DNA from: Eledone cirrhosa
Lineage: Eukaryota
Reading direction: 5' to 3'
NCBI GenBank assembly: GCA_964016885.1
Contig: OZ024740.1
Span: forward strand, 22,196,001-22,260,000
DNA: 64,000 nucleotides
This document shows, piece by piece, positions 22,011-35,581 of this stretch (position 1 is its first letter; the number at the start of each line of letters is the position of its first letter). The position numbers and the translations under genes were made by a program. The notes below the pieces were generated by a model. That model was given only the letters and a program-made list of their open reading frames with translations, was not told the origin of the DNA and did no database searches.

Positions 22011-22631
22011 GTACCCCAGTCTATTTAATTCAAATCTATTCTTCCTTCTTCTGCTGAGATTGTAAGGATATTTCGGAGAGATTTTGTTTCAATCTCGATC
22101 AAATCGAATGACCACACCATCTCCTCTCGACATACCAAGTTCATGGACAAGGATATTAGGAGTTAGGTAGAGCATATAGTGGTTTTCGAACTTGCAACCT
22201 TTAGACTTATTGACCAGTAATCTAATTACTAGTTTTGTTTGTTTGATATAATACCACATATTTATAGATGAGCAGAGTAAGAAGATATATTGTACAGAAA
22301 TTTCTGTTGAATATTTATAGCGAATGTGAAGTGAAAAGATTTCTGTATTTGAAATAAGGATGCAGAAATGGTTAACCGGGAGTTGAGATAACCCCTCACA
22401 TTATGGTGCTCAGTGGAAGAGATATAGTTTGGTAAATGGATGAACGACGGAGAGAGTGTATGAAATAGAGTGAGAGATTGTGTGTTTGTGAGTGAGAGAG
22501 AGAGGGAGAGAGAGAGAGAGAAAGACAAAGATATAGGGAGACGGGGAGAGAGGGAGAGAAGTGGAGATTTCTGACCTGGCACTGCCCCCCCCCCCCCTAT
22601 CCCCAATCTCTTCTAGTCGCACCCTTATCAG

Positions 22632-23460
22632 CTAGATGCTTCGCAACACGGCAGAACGTAACGTGGCCCGGGGGTCAGCTCTGGTTGATTGGATCGATGA
22701 AGGCCACACCATCCCCCAGCATGTAGATGTCCAACGTAATTGGGATGACATGAAGTGTAGGTCAACTTTTAGACAGATCGAGTCTTCCTTGCACCAACAT
22801 CGTCTCGCCTGCCTCCGTTCTGCAGTCAAAAAGTGACGCGTGGTTAAATTCGGTAATCTTCTCATCAACCAGTACCCTTCTTGATGATGAGTCCACTCGC
22901 ATCGGAATGACCCAGATCTTTGGCCTCCCCGTATGTAAGTCATACAAATGTTATTGTGGAACCGTTGTCGATGAGTTCGGTCTGCACCCATTATCCTGCC
23001 TCCACAGCACAGGTTGCTTCTCTCGACATGCCGCTCTGAACCACATAATCAGAAGGAGCCACGACATGGCCGGCTTCCTGTCATAACTGGAGCCAACTGG
23101 CCTTGACCATGTTGATGACAAACGTCCAGACGGGAGAACTCTCTTCTCATTCTAGGGAGGTAAATATTTAATCTGTGATGCCATGTGCTGTGACGAGTTC
23201 TCCGCATCCAGCCTTGTTGCTTCGGCTGCAAACGCGGACCCCCTCCCCCCGCTCGCAATGCAGGAGAAGGAAGATAACTAAATACCGGGGCTTCACCGAC
23301 TGTTTCCTTTTCTTACCTGTGGCTGGCACGACCTCAGGTGTCCTCAGTCCTCAAACTGCTGATTTTCTCTTAAAACCTCGCTGAAAGGAGTATCGTGGGA
23401 TGTCACAGCAGACATCGCTGGTTATTCAGCACGGCAATGCCCTCGCCACTTTCCTCTCGT
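22632..23460 (+). mobile_element. Longer degenerate CRE-like retrotransposon 3' fragment
   Basis: Frameshifted remnants RHAALNHIIRRS, QLEP, DDKRPDG, RRKITKY, FLPVAGTTSGVLSP and GNA. Confidence 0.6.
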
Positions 23461-24323
23461 CGTGTAACTAAGCCATAACACTCACACTGGGATGTACAGT
23501 CCGTCATTCCCCCCTCTTTCCCTTTCTTTCGTTACTTAATTATTTTTTTCTTATTTTTTTCTTACGTTTCCTCCTTTCCTTCTCTTTCGCTCCCTTATTG
23601 TACAGTTTTTTGTACACGAAGACTTCATGAGCCCCTATATATCAACTCGTGTGGACAACTAAAACTTCAGTGCTTTGCTGCATGTTGTCCAGTACTCTTC
23701 TTAAAAATATTTTTGAATACTCGGAATATATCATATTTGAAGAGTTTAAAAAATATAGAAAGGAAGAGGGAAAGAAGAAAGAGACAGAGAGACAAGATAG
23801 GAAGAAAGGGGAGGGGGTATAATAGAGAGATAACATATTCAATCGGGAAAGCACAAGGACCCTCACTAATGAAAACACAAACAAACATTATAATCGAATC
23901 TTCAACACCATTACTTCATTATAATTCGAACTCCCATCACCAGAATATTTTGTACTAAAAGTTTAATCAAAATTGTCTCAAGAAATACCAATAATTAAAA
24001 GAAGGAAGCGACTACCTTGGGTGTTTTCCTTAATTTTTGGACTCGTCAATGATTCGCCTTCAGAGACTTATATAAAGAACAAGAATGGGGGTTTGGCAGT
24101 GATTTTGGTCATAGGGACAAAAAACATGGAAATTAATTTACGTTTGCCTGAATAATTTGAAAGACAGGCAGGGTGTTGGTCTGAAGAAGACAGCGTGGGC
24201 ATAAAGAACGGAAGCAGTGAAACGAACGTCCCAGTAAACGACCCAACACGTTTGAGTATTTGACAGAGAGCCACAAACTCTAAAGGTAACTTTAACAAAT
24301 ATTTCTGTATACTCGGAAGATAG

Positions 24324-24548
24324 TTAACCCTTTACCATTTACATTACTCTATATATAATATTGTATTTTTATGGTAAAGGCTTTATCTTATATAACTCAC
24401 ATAATATTGAATCTATGAGATTTTAATATTATTTATTTTGAGAACAATACATTAACATCAGTATAAGCAGCTGGTTATAGCCGATTTGAACAGAAAGAGG
24501 AGAGAGAATTCTGGCTGGATACGGCCGGTTTAAATGCTAGAGTGTTAA
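24324..24548. mobile_element. piggyBac-like MITE (TTAA-flanked)
   Basis: TTAACCCTTTACCATTTA..TAAATGCTAGAGTGTTAA imperfect terminal inverted repeats; second copy at 56802-57000. Confidence 0.65.
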
Positions 24549-24889
24549 GCAAGGTAAATATACTTTAAATCACGGCATATGGCGAAGTTTGTTACCCAAG
24601 AACAATTTTGTTTGTTGTCTGTATATTGTGAATATTTAATACGAAGGTAGGGTGAACATTTCATAGGCTAACTATGGAGTGATGCTAGTGCTGTGAAATC
24701 TTACATTAATTTCAACACTTTTTATTAATAACTGCATTTTCTTTCCGGGGACTGTTAAAAAATACACCTCATCTGGTCATTCCATGAGAGTATCTTGGTC
24801 AGCTTATGAACTTTTCAGTCGACTTTCGTAGTTTAGTTGAAATTGAACATATTTTCGATGTCTCCTTCCCTACTACGTCCTTTACCAAT

Positions 24890-24925
<36 letters not shown>

Positions 24926-24929
<4 letters not shown>

Positions 24930-25105
24930 AATGGCTTCTACAGGACTAGAACTGTTTACTTCTGGAGGAATCGTCAGGGCTTCCTAATGATTTCTCCCGA
25001 ATGAAACAGTTCTAGTCCTGTAGGAGTCGCTTATTAAATATTTATACTCTATGTATTGAGTACCTTACTTTGGTTATCCCCGATTGAACCCGGCATAAAC
25101 TTATA
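24926..25105. mobile_element. Penelope-like terminal-repeat fragment with a partial inverted duplication and degenerate hammerhead motifs, inside (TA)n
   Basis: Inverted arms CTACAGGACTAGAACTGTTT / AAACAGTTCTAGTCCTGTAG; hammerhead-like cores on both strands; TA runs on both sides. Confidence 0.6.
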
Positions 25106-25723
25106 TATATTTATATTATCCATTAGAACTGGAAACTTTGGTTCCCTTACCTAATGAAACTTAACCCTTTTTCACCATGTGGTCTACGAAATCCATTAAG
25201 ACTTCATTAACCCCTAAATATCAACTCCCGTGGAAATTAAAACTTTAGTGTATCACTGTTTCTTGTGCAGTGCTCTTATAAACCTTTTACTTCTCAACTA
25301 TATTTTACAAACAGAAGTTATACGATGATGGAAATATTGACAAAAGATAAACAAAATTAATGGAAAAAAAGGAAGTTGTAAAAAAAAAATCAAAAAAAAA
25401 TCAGACTGTAGAGGCGAGGAAAGGACTATAAATGTCAGACGAGGAAAAATAGGGAAAGAGCAAGGACTGTTAGGCAACGATGGAGGGTGACGCTCTGTGC
25501 CTAGATCAGGGCGGTGTTTCGGCTACATCCCGCGGAAACAACTCCAAAGGTATTTTCACAGACAATGGCCAGTGACACCCGATACAATGGAACTTGGATG
25601 TTAAAACATAACTCTTACTGAGGGTCGAGTCAATAGATTCACCCGAGTGTTGCCAAGAATACTGTGGCATATCACCCGAGTGTAGCCAATAATACTGTGG
25701 TATATCATTCGAGTGTAGCCAAC

Positions 25724-25990
25724 AATTGTTTCTACCCAGTACATTACTGGTACTTTATTTTATCGACCCCGTAAGGATGAAAGGCAAAGTTAACCTCGGC
25801 GGGATTTGAACTCAGAATGGCAAGGGGCGTAACTCTATGCGTCAAAGCATGGCGTCCGACCCTCTACAGATACTGCCAATCCAGTAGCCAATAATTGTTT
25901 CTACTTTTGGCATAAAGCCAGCAATTTCCCAGTGTATTACTGGTACTTTATTTTATCGACCCCGTAAGGATGAAAGGCAAAGTTAATCCA
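25724..25990 (-). mobile_element. SINE family B, one near-full copy plus one partial copy
   Basis: Same A/B box and tail sequence as 20973-21160. Confidence 0.8.
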
Positions 25991-26355
25991 GTAGCCAATA
26001 ATACTGTGGTATATCATGAGTATAGCCAATAATACTGTGGTATATCATGAGTATAGCCAATAATACTGTGGTATATCATGAGTATAGCCAATAATACTGT
26101 GGTATATCATGAGTATAGCCAATAATACTGTGGTATATCATGAGTATAGCCAATAATACTGTGGTATATCATGAGTATAGCCAATAATACTGTGGTATAT
26201 CATGAGTATAGCCAATAATACTGTGGTATATCATGAGTATAGCCAATAATACTGTGGTATATCATGAGTATAGCCAATAATACTGTGGTATATCATGAGT
26301 ATAGCCAATAATACTGTGGTATATCTGAGTATAGCCAATAATACTGTGGTATATG
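25991..26355. repeat. 31-bp minisatellite (GTATAGCCAATAATACTGTGGTATATCATGA), about 11-12 copies
   Basis: Near-identical tandem units with no spacers; diverged units at about 25640-25725. Confidence 0.95.
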
Positions 26356-29300
26356 GCCTGAGTCGATTGGATTTCTGTTAAGTTTTCTAATATTACAAAT
26401 ATAAATTATAAATTTAAGAAACAATTTTCAAGTTATTTGCCTTTTCTGATTGAGGTTGATATGGTGTAGAAACGTGGTTTCGGTGTTAACCGAGTCTTGT
26501 CCCGTCTTGCCAAATTTCTGTCGGAGGTCTCTGGTTGTGCCTACTAAAGCTATACAATTTGCCAAGATTGCAGCCCAACTTATATATTTTAGTCGCATTT
26601 CATTCATTGTAGAGATGTTATGCTTCAATAAAAGCTTCAATGAAGAACTCGTTTACTGAATTAGGTAACAAAATTATCTAAGTTATATTTATTCAATCTG
26701 CAGGGTACCTTGAAGTTAATAAAAAAAAAATCCCTTTTCATTTTATCATGGCGCTCCATGTCCCCATTAATTAGGAAACGAATAATTTCCGACTGTTTTG
26801 AAAGTCCGATTTGTTCCAACACATCGATAACCACAATAAAAATATAAATCTCATATCTAGGTTGAGACTAGTATAAAAGTAAATATTTACCTTGGGTTCT
26901 AATACAGTTATTGAAGTTAGAAATAAAATTAATTTCGTTTTTCACTCTAACATAGCAGATACGTAAATGATATTCGATTCGTTTGCAAGTAAACGGCCCC
27001 ATTGCGCTATATCTTAGATGACCATGCCATCTTTTTGTTCTAGCAATGACAAACTCAGTATTGTTTCTGAGGTTTTGTCCTTTGTCGAGATTGACTCGAA
27101 TATTATTCGATATAAAACTCATGGATGGTAGAAATGTTTTCATTAACACTGCACCCTCTAACAACCCCAGGTGCCACTGATTCTCTGAAAGTTTGTTTCT
27201 TTCCACTCACCATCTGTATTTTTACATTGTCCCATTGTTACTGAAGACTTAAGTAACATGAAGTAATGTGATGAACCTAGTTAGGCATTGAAAGTTGACA
27301 TTTGATAATCAACTCTCGTGAAGGCTTAGTGGTTAGAGCATTGGGCTTGCAATCGAAAGGTTGATGTGTTGTTTCCTTGAGCAAGACACTTTATTTCACG
27401 TTGCTCCAGTTTGCCCAGCTGTAGAAATGATAGGACTGGGGTCCCTATCATTAAATCACCCAAGACACCTTCAATGAGATATACCTTGGAGGCCAGCTAA
27501 AAGTACATAGGTGTGAGCTGTCACGCGCGCGCGCGCGGTTGGATTTGGACCTTGGGGGCCCCGGGGAACTTCAGGTTTGGGGTGCCCCTCATACATAAAA
27601 AGCTAGAATACACAGCAAACCCCCAAATTTTACATATCAAAGTTAGCTTGGTGCAAGTAATTGGAACTGAAAAGTTATACATACAGGTATTGAATTAAAC
27701 ATTCTAACCTTCCTAAAACAAAAGCCCAGCTGAAGGCACAAATAAATTTCTACGGGCATCGCTGGTGCCCCCCCACCACTGCAGAAGAGTAATTGCTTCC
27801 TTGCTTCCCTTCTCCCCTTCCCCGGCCCTGCTCGTGTGTATTTGGACCGCTGTCGGTTCCAATAAATGTTCCAGATTTTGATCAACTGGAACAGCCTGCT
27901 GGTGAAATTAACATGCAAGTGGCTGAGTATTCCACAGAGAGGTGTATACTTAACGCACTTCTCAGGGAGATTCAATGTACCAATGTGTGACAAGGCTGGC
28001 TCTTTGAACTACACGTACAACTCTTTGTCAGCTGAATAAACTGGAGCAAAGTGAAATGACACAACGTGCTTCCAAGACTCGAACACACGACCTTACGTTT
28101 ATGAGCCGAACACTTTTAACCTCTTGTAATAGCTGTGTTAAGTCAGACGTTACAATGTATTGCAATTTTGATATATAAAATAAAATTTGTGTATCGCTAT
28201 CAAGATAACATGGAAATTATTGCGCATAGAAACGTAAAAATGATAGATGCTACGAATAATCACAAAAAAGGGTCGATGTCCAATGAAACACCCGACTCCA
28301 GTTGTTAGACTTTTTTTCCTTGTTTTTGTCACGTGCTTTCAACTAATCTGACCCCCCCCCCCCCACACACACACAAAGCACCGCAAACGACCTTTTCCTC
28401 CAGGAAAAGAGAATGGGATATCATAGTTTCCTATTCAGTTTTCTTTCGGGGATTTTTTTTCCCCTTTCCTGGTCATTTCGTGTTCTTTCAAAGAATCTGA
28501 ATTCGAAATTACGCGAAAATGATTCCTTTTCCTGAAAACTGTCTCGCATGTTAAACTATTACAGTAGCTTCCCACCCTTTTCGGAAAAAAACCCGTCTAC
28601 AGTTTTGTAAAAACATTTTCCCCGTTTCTTCATGTGCTTTCAACTAAGCGGACTAGCAACTGCTAATTTTTGGCCGCCTTTCCGTCTTGGGCATCTCTCT
28701 GCTTTTCAGTCCCCTGGATTGTCTATTATATTCCTTTGTTGGATACATTTCGGATTAACTGATGTAACCGGATTCATACTGAACCCGGTCATTGAAATGT
28801 TCATCGTATAATAAACCTTTAAGGAATTACACCAGTCCAGCCTCCTGTTATTTTATAATAATTTAACTCCGTACTCGCATCACCACCAACAACACAAACG
28901 AAGACGGGTGAGTTGCATTACGTCGAGTGCTCTGCCTAATATTACATCAAGGTTGACCATACGGAATGACCAATTCTATCCAGTGGTGAACCAACAAACT
29001 GTGTGCGTGTTCCTTCCTATTTTAGAGTTTCGGTGTGTCAATTTTAACCAACGCCACTGGGAAGTCTGTGTGGCAGCCTGGGCAATCTAAAACCTACTAG
29101 ACACTTCCACTGTTTCCGTCTACTAAATTTCACTCAAAAGGCTTTGGTCAACCAGAGATAATAAAAAATAAATGCTTAAGGTCCCACGCAGTGACTGAAT
29201 GTGAAACCACGTAGTTGTAAAGTGAACTCTTTATGTAGTTCAAAATAAGTCTGGAAATAAAAATGATAGTCCCATCTGGAGTAACTTTTATGTCTGCTCA

Positions 29301-29865
29301 ATCAGACCTTGGGCTAAACCATAACACTATCGGTGACTTTTTGACAATATATGAAGTTCTGTTTTCTGGAGATAAAACACCCGAGTAATTACGAAGTTCT
29401 CTTATCTGTTAGAATTAGTTTTCCTGATAAGATATCTGAAGTGGACAATTGTCCATTTGACAGAGAATTTTAAATTAAACACCTTATATCGTGATCAAAG
29501 TTCTTAATGCATTTGATTATCTTAGACTTTGGTTAATACTTCCTAATTTTTACCGTGAAGTAAATATTTGTTTGGTTTTCGATAAGTTTAATCATTCGAT
29601 ATAAAGCAAATAGTTTGTCTGATTTGTTTATAAGTCAGCTGCAACTAGGCCTATGATTTAAAGACATTCCAGATATGAACATCTCGTTTTGTATATTGAA
29701 AAGACTAGTAACTTGAGGGAGATTTGGCTGTTATATTTAGTAGGTCGAGCAACCACATGAACTTTTACGTTGGCAAACTTTTAACACGAGCACAAAGGTC
29801 ATTACAAGGAAGGTATATTGTTCCCAGTATATAATTGGTATTTATTTTATCGACAGTAAAGGGAA

Positions 29866-30180
29866 GTGGCTTTGTGGTTAAGATATTCGGTTTACAATCG
29901 TAATGTCGTGAGTTAGATTCTCGGCGGCGTATTGTCCTTGAGCAAGGCACTTTATTTCGTGTTGCTCCAGTTCACTCACCTGGCAAAAATGAGTTGCACC
30001 TGTTATTGGTAGTCAGCCTTGTCAGAGTCTGTATCGCACTGAATCTCCCTGAGAACTACGTTAAGGGTCTGCGTATATGTGGAATGCTCAGCCACTTGCA
30101 AGTTAATTTCACGAGTTGGCTGTTCCGTTGATTGGATCAACTGGAACACTCGTCGTCGTAAACGATGGAGTACCAGTTAA
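29866..30180 (+). mobile_element. tRNA-derived SINE family A, long copy
   Basis: TGGCTTTGTGGTTAAG head, CCTTGAGCAAGGCACTTT domain; 3' part shared with 27860-28110 (-) and 57580-57740. Confidence 0.7.
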
Positions 30181-30536
30181 AAATGTTATCGACCAAGTAA
30201 AGTAGTTTTGTTTAGCCCTCTACCTGTCATCAATTGCACTTTCTAATATTTTGGTAATGATTTAAAATAAAGGCTGTACATTTCGTAGGAAAGGGTACAA
30301 TCGATGTAATCAACCTCGGTAGGATGTAAGTTATTATAGATGAAAGTTAACCCTTTCGTTGCTATATTTCTAATGAAAGACATTGTCAATAGTTTTCAAG
30401 TAATTTCGAAAATAATGTAAACTAATTTCCTCATTAGGCCAGTGTTATAAGGGAAGGTCTTGTATAGTAGAATCGGGAGCCATTCAGGCGGTTTCGTATC
30501 AAACAGCTTAAACTCCGAATTTATCATAGTGAGGCC

Positions 30537-30721
30537 GGTGGATTGGCGGTATTGGTAGTCGTACACCATGCTTTGTAGCATAGAGTTGCGGCCCTTTATG
30601 ATCTGAGTTCAAATCCCGTCGAGGTTAACTTTGCCTTTCATCCTTGCGGGGTCGATAAAATAAAGTACCAGTAATGCACTGGGATAATTGCTGGCCTTGT
30701 GCCTAAAGTAGAAACAATTAT
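30537..30721 (+). mobile_element. SINE family B
   Basis: Full-length match to the family B consensus. Confidence 0.85.
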
Positions 30722-33294
30722 AGTTAGAGCATAGTAGTTTAGAAGATCCGAATAATTCGGGCGTTGATGCATCTAATCTATTTCCCATAGTTCTGTTCGA
30801 ATGAGATCCCCACCACGGAGCATAAAGGGAGTTCCTCCTTTGTGTTGCCCCTCCCCACATATTTGCCCAATTACTTCAGTAATTCATTCAAAGAAATACT
30901 TGTGTGGTACAGGGCATGATAGAATCGCTTTGGGAAATATTTTAAGTCGGGGTCGGGCAGAATACTTTGCGGTATACATTCCGCCGTTCTTCGATCTGAT
31001 TTCAAATCCTACCGAAGCCAACTTTATCGCTGACCTTGGGATCGATAAAATACTAGTTCTGAACTGAGGTCGATTCAATTAAGTCGCTGTATTTCTCTAT
31101 CGAAAGGCAGCGAATTGGCAGTCGTTAGAACATTGGATAGAATACTTTGAAGGATTCATTCCAGCTCTCTGCTCTGTGGCTTCAAATCCAGCCGTGGTCA
31201 ACTTTGCCTTTCATCCTTTCGAGGTCGATAAGAAAGTACCAGTCTCATACTGGGGGTCGATAAGAAAGTACCAGTCTCGTACTGGGGCTCGATAAGAAAG
31301 TATGTCTCGTACTGGGGGCCGATAAAGTACCAGTCTCGTACTAGGGTCGATTCTTCCTTTATATTTCTTTCTCACTTCGTTTTTCTCACTCTCTAGCCTT
31401 CTCTGGAAAAGAATTTGTGTTCAGACTTGAAGTGATGAGTTCCACTTGGTTGAAAAATGTCCTAGAAACGCCGTATGTCAATATGGTGCCCCTCTGACCC
31501 CCCCCCCCCCCAAGAAGTTACGGTTCATACATACATACATGCCTCTCTGCAAAAATCGGTTGTGGTCAAGTCTGGAGAATTATAGGTTGAAAAATGTGCC
31601 TTTAATACTCCATTATGAATATATAGTCGGTATAACAGATACAGAACATTGACATAGGACCCGTAAACCACCGAAAGACATACCAAGGGCCCCGGTAAGA
31701 TGAGGCAAAGTTGACTGAGAAATAATTTCTGTAAAGAGTCGGATATTAATGTTTATAATATAAGCACAATGTTCAAATTCGTTTATGTTGCCAATTAAAT
31801 CAATCCAGTAGTTGATTGCATTTTATTTTATCGAACCCCAAAATGATAAAAGGGGACAGTTGATCACATCGGGATTTTACCTCGAAAGGTAAATGTTTTA
31901 TTGGTCAAAAAGGTGCACGATTGTGGGGACAATAAAAAGGACGGAAAATATAAAGTGATTTACATCGAATAAAAGAATAGCGATGTAATTGTTTTGCAAG
32001 TTTTTTTATATGAAATGTTGAAACAGATGTCAGCTAAATTATAGAAATATAAAATTATACTGAAGCGAAAACCAAACCAGTGTTTATTACAATTTTTTTT
32101 TTCTAGCAATATTAGAACATTACATATTAATGTAACAAAGGAATAAGTAACTTACCAAATATGTCAGTAATCCTGGTATTGTAAAAACAACCAACACATA
32201 CGTTACTTAGAACATGAATACAATTAGAAATAACACCTTTTTATCAGTAAATATTATTTTTTATTAGTTCCTCTATTCAATATATCAAATCTTATCACAA
32301 ATCAAAGTACAAATTTCCTCAGTTTTAAATCAATTTAGTCTCCTCTCACACTAAATACAACTATTTCATAGTACAAAGGTGGATAGACGAATCCATGTTG
32401 GTGGTTCAGTGGCCAGTCTAGTCGATGATCCGGTTTCGAGATACGCTCATGTCATACATGGACTTTTTTTAGATTAGGTTTTCAAAAAGTAGGATTGCCT
32501 CCACCCCAACGTTTTGGGAAGGGGACGGAAGTGAAATTAAGAATTCTTAATTTGATATTCTACCTTTAGAATAATTTTCTGTTTATTGCAATTTCTGACA
32601 GAACCCACTGGAAGGAATGTTTGAGGACTCTGCTCCATGACCCTTTCTGGAATAAGTGGGCGACGAATAAAATAAAATAAAACGATGCGACTGTATGTTT
32701 AAAAACAAATCCACAAATTTAAGATTAACCTTGCCAAAAAAGATCTGTCCTTTTAAATAAGAATGCAACAAACCCCCTTTTACCAAGCATAGGTTGGGTA
32801 GTTGTGGCAAGAATTTCTGTAAAAAGTGGGGCTCTGATTTATAAAATATTGGATAGTCTGCTTTAAGTTAAACCCGATTATGCAGTTACTTAAGTGTGTG
32901 TGTGTGGGGTGGGGTGGGTGTGTGTGTGGGGGTGGTGGTGGTGGTGAGATTATTGCTAAGGAGGAATGTGACATACGCGAATCTTAAGGACCAGTTTTCG
33001 GGTGGGGGGTACTAACATAAAACGATACCAAATGAATATTCTGGTTATTCTAAAATACTAGAAATTTCACTAAAGTTTTTTGTTCTTGGATGACCGCTGT
33101 CCTCCGTCAAATCGGGTCTGAAGGAGTTCTATGAAGAGAAGTGATTAATGCAGCAGATGTCACTAGCTTCTATTTGTAGCAACATTTTACCTATTTTGTT
33201 CTCAACGGTTTAGTTAGAATATACTAACTGAAGATGTGCAGATTGTTCGATTTTAATGTACATATTCGAAAGAATGAGCTTCCACTTATTACTG

Positions 33295-33690
33295 AGAGGG
33301 TCATGAGTGCAGAGTTCTCAAACACTCCTTCTAGCGGGTCCTGTCAGAAGCAAACGTCTCCAACTGAGCTGGCAGGATTCCCAAGCGAGACCACCCAAGC
33401 TCATGGATGATATCCAACCATCTTGCTCAGGTTCTACCATTGGGTCTCTTTCTGGGTGGTTTTGCCCGTAAAATATCTCCAGCGATTCTTTCCTGAGACA
33501 TTCTAACCACATGTCCAGAGTATTGGAGCTGTGATCTCTTAATTCGGTGAAGTAGCGGCTCTATCTGGAGTGACTCTCTGATCTTCGAGTTACGCACTCT
33601 ATCGAGTAACGTTACTCCAAATACCCTTCGGGGGAATCCCATTTCGGTCGCTTGTATTCACGATCGTATTCTTTCGGTCATTATCCAAGA
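33295..33690 (-). mobile_element. RTE-clade LINE 3' fragment
   Basis: IQATEMGFPRRVFGVTLLDRVRNSKIRESLQIEPLLHRIKRSQLQYSGHVVRM..KRPNGR is typical of an RTE ORF C-terminus; related copies at 52400-52770 and 60705-61030 (+). Confidence 0.8.
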
Positions 33691-33747
33691 TAAATAAGAT
33701 ATATATATATCTACATACATTTGTCTTTCTCTTATTTCTTTTTCTAG

Positions 33748-33784
33748 ATGATCACATTAAAAGAACTTTTTATGAAGTACAAAA
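33748..33784 (+). CDS. MFSD1-like coding exon 1 (MITLKELFMKYK)
   Basis: ttttctag|ATG ... A|gtaagt; phase 1 matches the next exon; the upstream acceptor implies an earlier (probably UTR) exon. Confidence 0.7.
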
Positions 33785-34782
33785 GTAAGTATTGAATAAA
33801 TTGAAAACTTTTCTTTACCGGAAACCAACTTTCTCGTTACAAGTTCGTTTTCACAAGTAATTTTATTTCGTTTAAATATTGTAATAATTCTAATGTTTGC
33901 CAAGGTCAGAAATATGGGAAGGTGAAGGTCGATTTTATCAACCCCCAAATACTTAACTGGTACTTAATTTATCAAACCCGGAATGTTGAAAGGCAAAGTT
34001 GACCTCGGTGGGATTTGAACTCGGAACGAAGAACTAAATACTGCAAAGCATTTTGTCAGTTCTACTAATACTGTTAATTCACCTCTCTTATCATAATGGT
34101 TTCTGATTTAGACACAAAGCCAACAATTTTGGAGGGTTAAGTCGATTAAATCAACTCCAGTGCATTACTGGTACGTTATTTTATCGACTCCCTAGGGAAA
34201 ACGGGTAAAGCTAACCTCGGTGAGATTTGAACTCAGAACATAAGGGCCGAAACCCAATACTACAAAGCATGGTGTCTGAGGTTCTGATACTGCCAATCCA
34301 CTGCTCTTAATTATGATAAAAGCATTGCTAAGTGGTAATTGTTGCTTCGTACCCACGTAGTTCCAAGTTCGATTTCATTGTGCGTTACTTTGGACGAATG
34401 CCTTTTGCCATAGTGTTAGACTAATAGCTGGAGAATGGAATTTGGTCGACAGAAGCTACTCGAAAGCCCGTGAAGTTGTACGCGCGCACATATATACATG
34501 TTTATAAGAACACTTAGTTCAAATATAAGGCAAATAGCTTAGATTGAAAATAAGTATTTTAATGATTGTTTACCGCTAGGTAGAATAGTTGGGGGCCATT
34601 TTAACTTGTTTCCTGGCAACACACGAACACGCAATGCCGATGGTATGATACAAACCATTCACCTCTCGGTTGTTTGTTCTAACATTAAACCCAACTGCTC
34701 ACGCTCAAAAATAAATATATTTTCATGAAACTAAATTTATCGATGAAATTCAATTTAGTCTTTCTAAAATAAATTATCATTG

Positions 34783-34816
<34 letters not shown>

Positions 34817-34877
34817 GAAATTTCAAAAACAATTTAGATAATTTAATTTCACTAAATTATTGTATCTTATTTTCTAG

Positions 34878-34984
34878 AATTTTTTCGGTTTGTAGTGCTG
34901 ACTTTAACCAGCCTCCTGTCATTTGGTGCCAATTACTGTTATGATATGCCAGCTGTTTTACAACACACGCTTCAAGAAAACTGG
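34878..34984 (+). CDS. MFSD1-like exon 2 (KFFRFVVLTLTSLLSFGANYCYDMPAVLQHTLQENW; TM1)
   Basis: tttctag| ... |gtatgt; resembles MFSD1 TM1 FGSYFCYDNPAALQ. Confidence 0.88.
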
Positions 34985-35581
34985 GTATGTGAGCTTTTAA
35001 AAATGTTTTTCAAATTTTATATTAAATTTAATAAAATTTTTCACAAACACTTCTTTTTTTCACTTTTCAAGACTGCAGATATTTAAATAGAATATTGGTA
35101 TCGAACCAGTTAATCTAATAACAAATTGTACATTTAATTGAACTTGTCTTAGTTGATTGGGAATGGGAAACTGTATAGCATGCCACCATCACTGACCCCA
35201 AGATGCTGTTGTATTTTAAAATAAAATATATATGTTTTCCTAAGAAATTGAAAATTCTCGGACAATTATATTTTCTAGTGTGTAAATGTTTCCAAAGTCT
35301 AACACTGAAGTTTAAATTCGATTTGTAAGAAAATTCTGCCTTTTCACGCGAGTCTGTGATATTGTCACATGTGAATGGCATTCATAGAAAAACATGGTAT
35401 GAATGAATGAGGAACAGAGGTTGAAGAGAAGACAATCTGCTGATTTAAATTACGAACGTGTTAATCATTTTCTTATTCTATATAATACAGAATATAACTA
35501 TAGATTTCAGCTTGTACTTCATTTGTAAATTAAACTTAAATACGCTGAACAGGCATAAGCGACTGTTGTGTGTAAGATATA

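Noticed and set aside
24164-24285. Possible upstream exon ending AAG|GTAACT
   Set aside because: In-frame stop relative to the gene's ATG and a weak acceptor; could be UTR but is unsupported
25991-26355. CRISPR-like 31-bp repeat array
   Set aside because: No unique spacers, no cas genes, eukaryotic context
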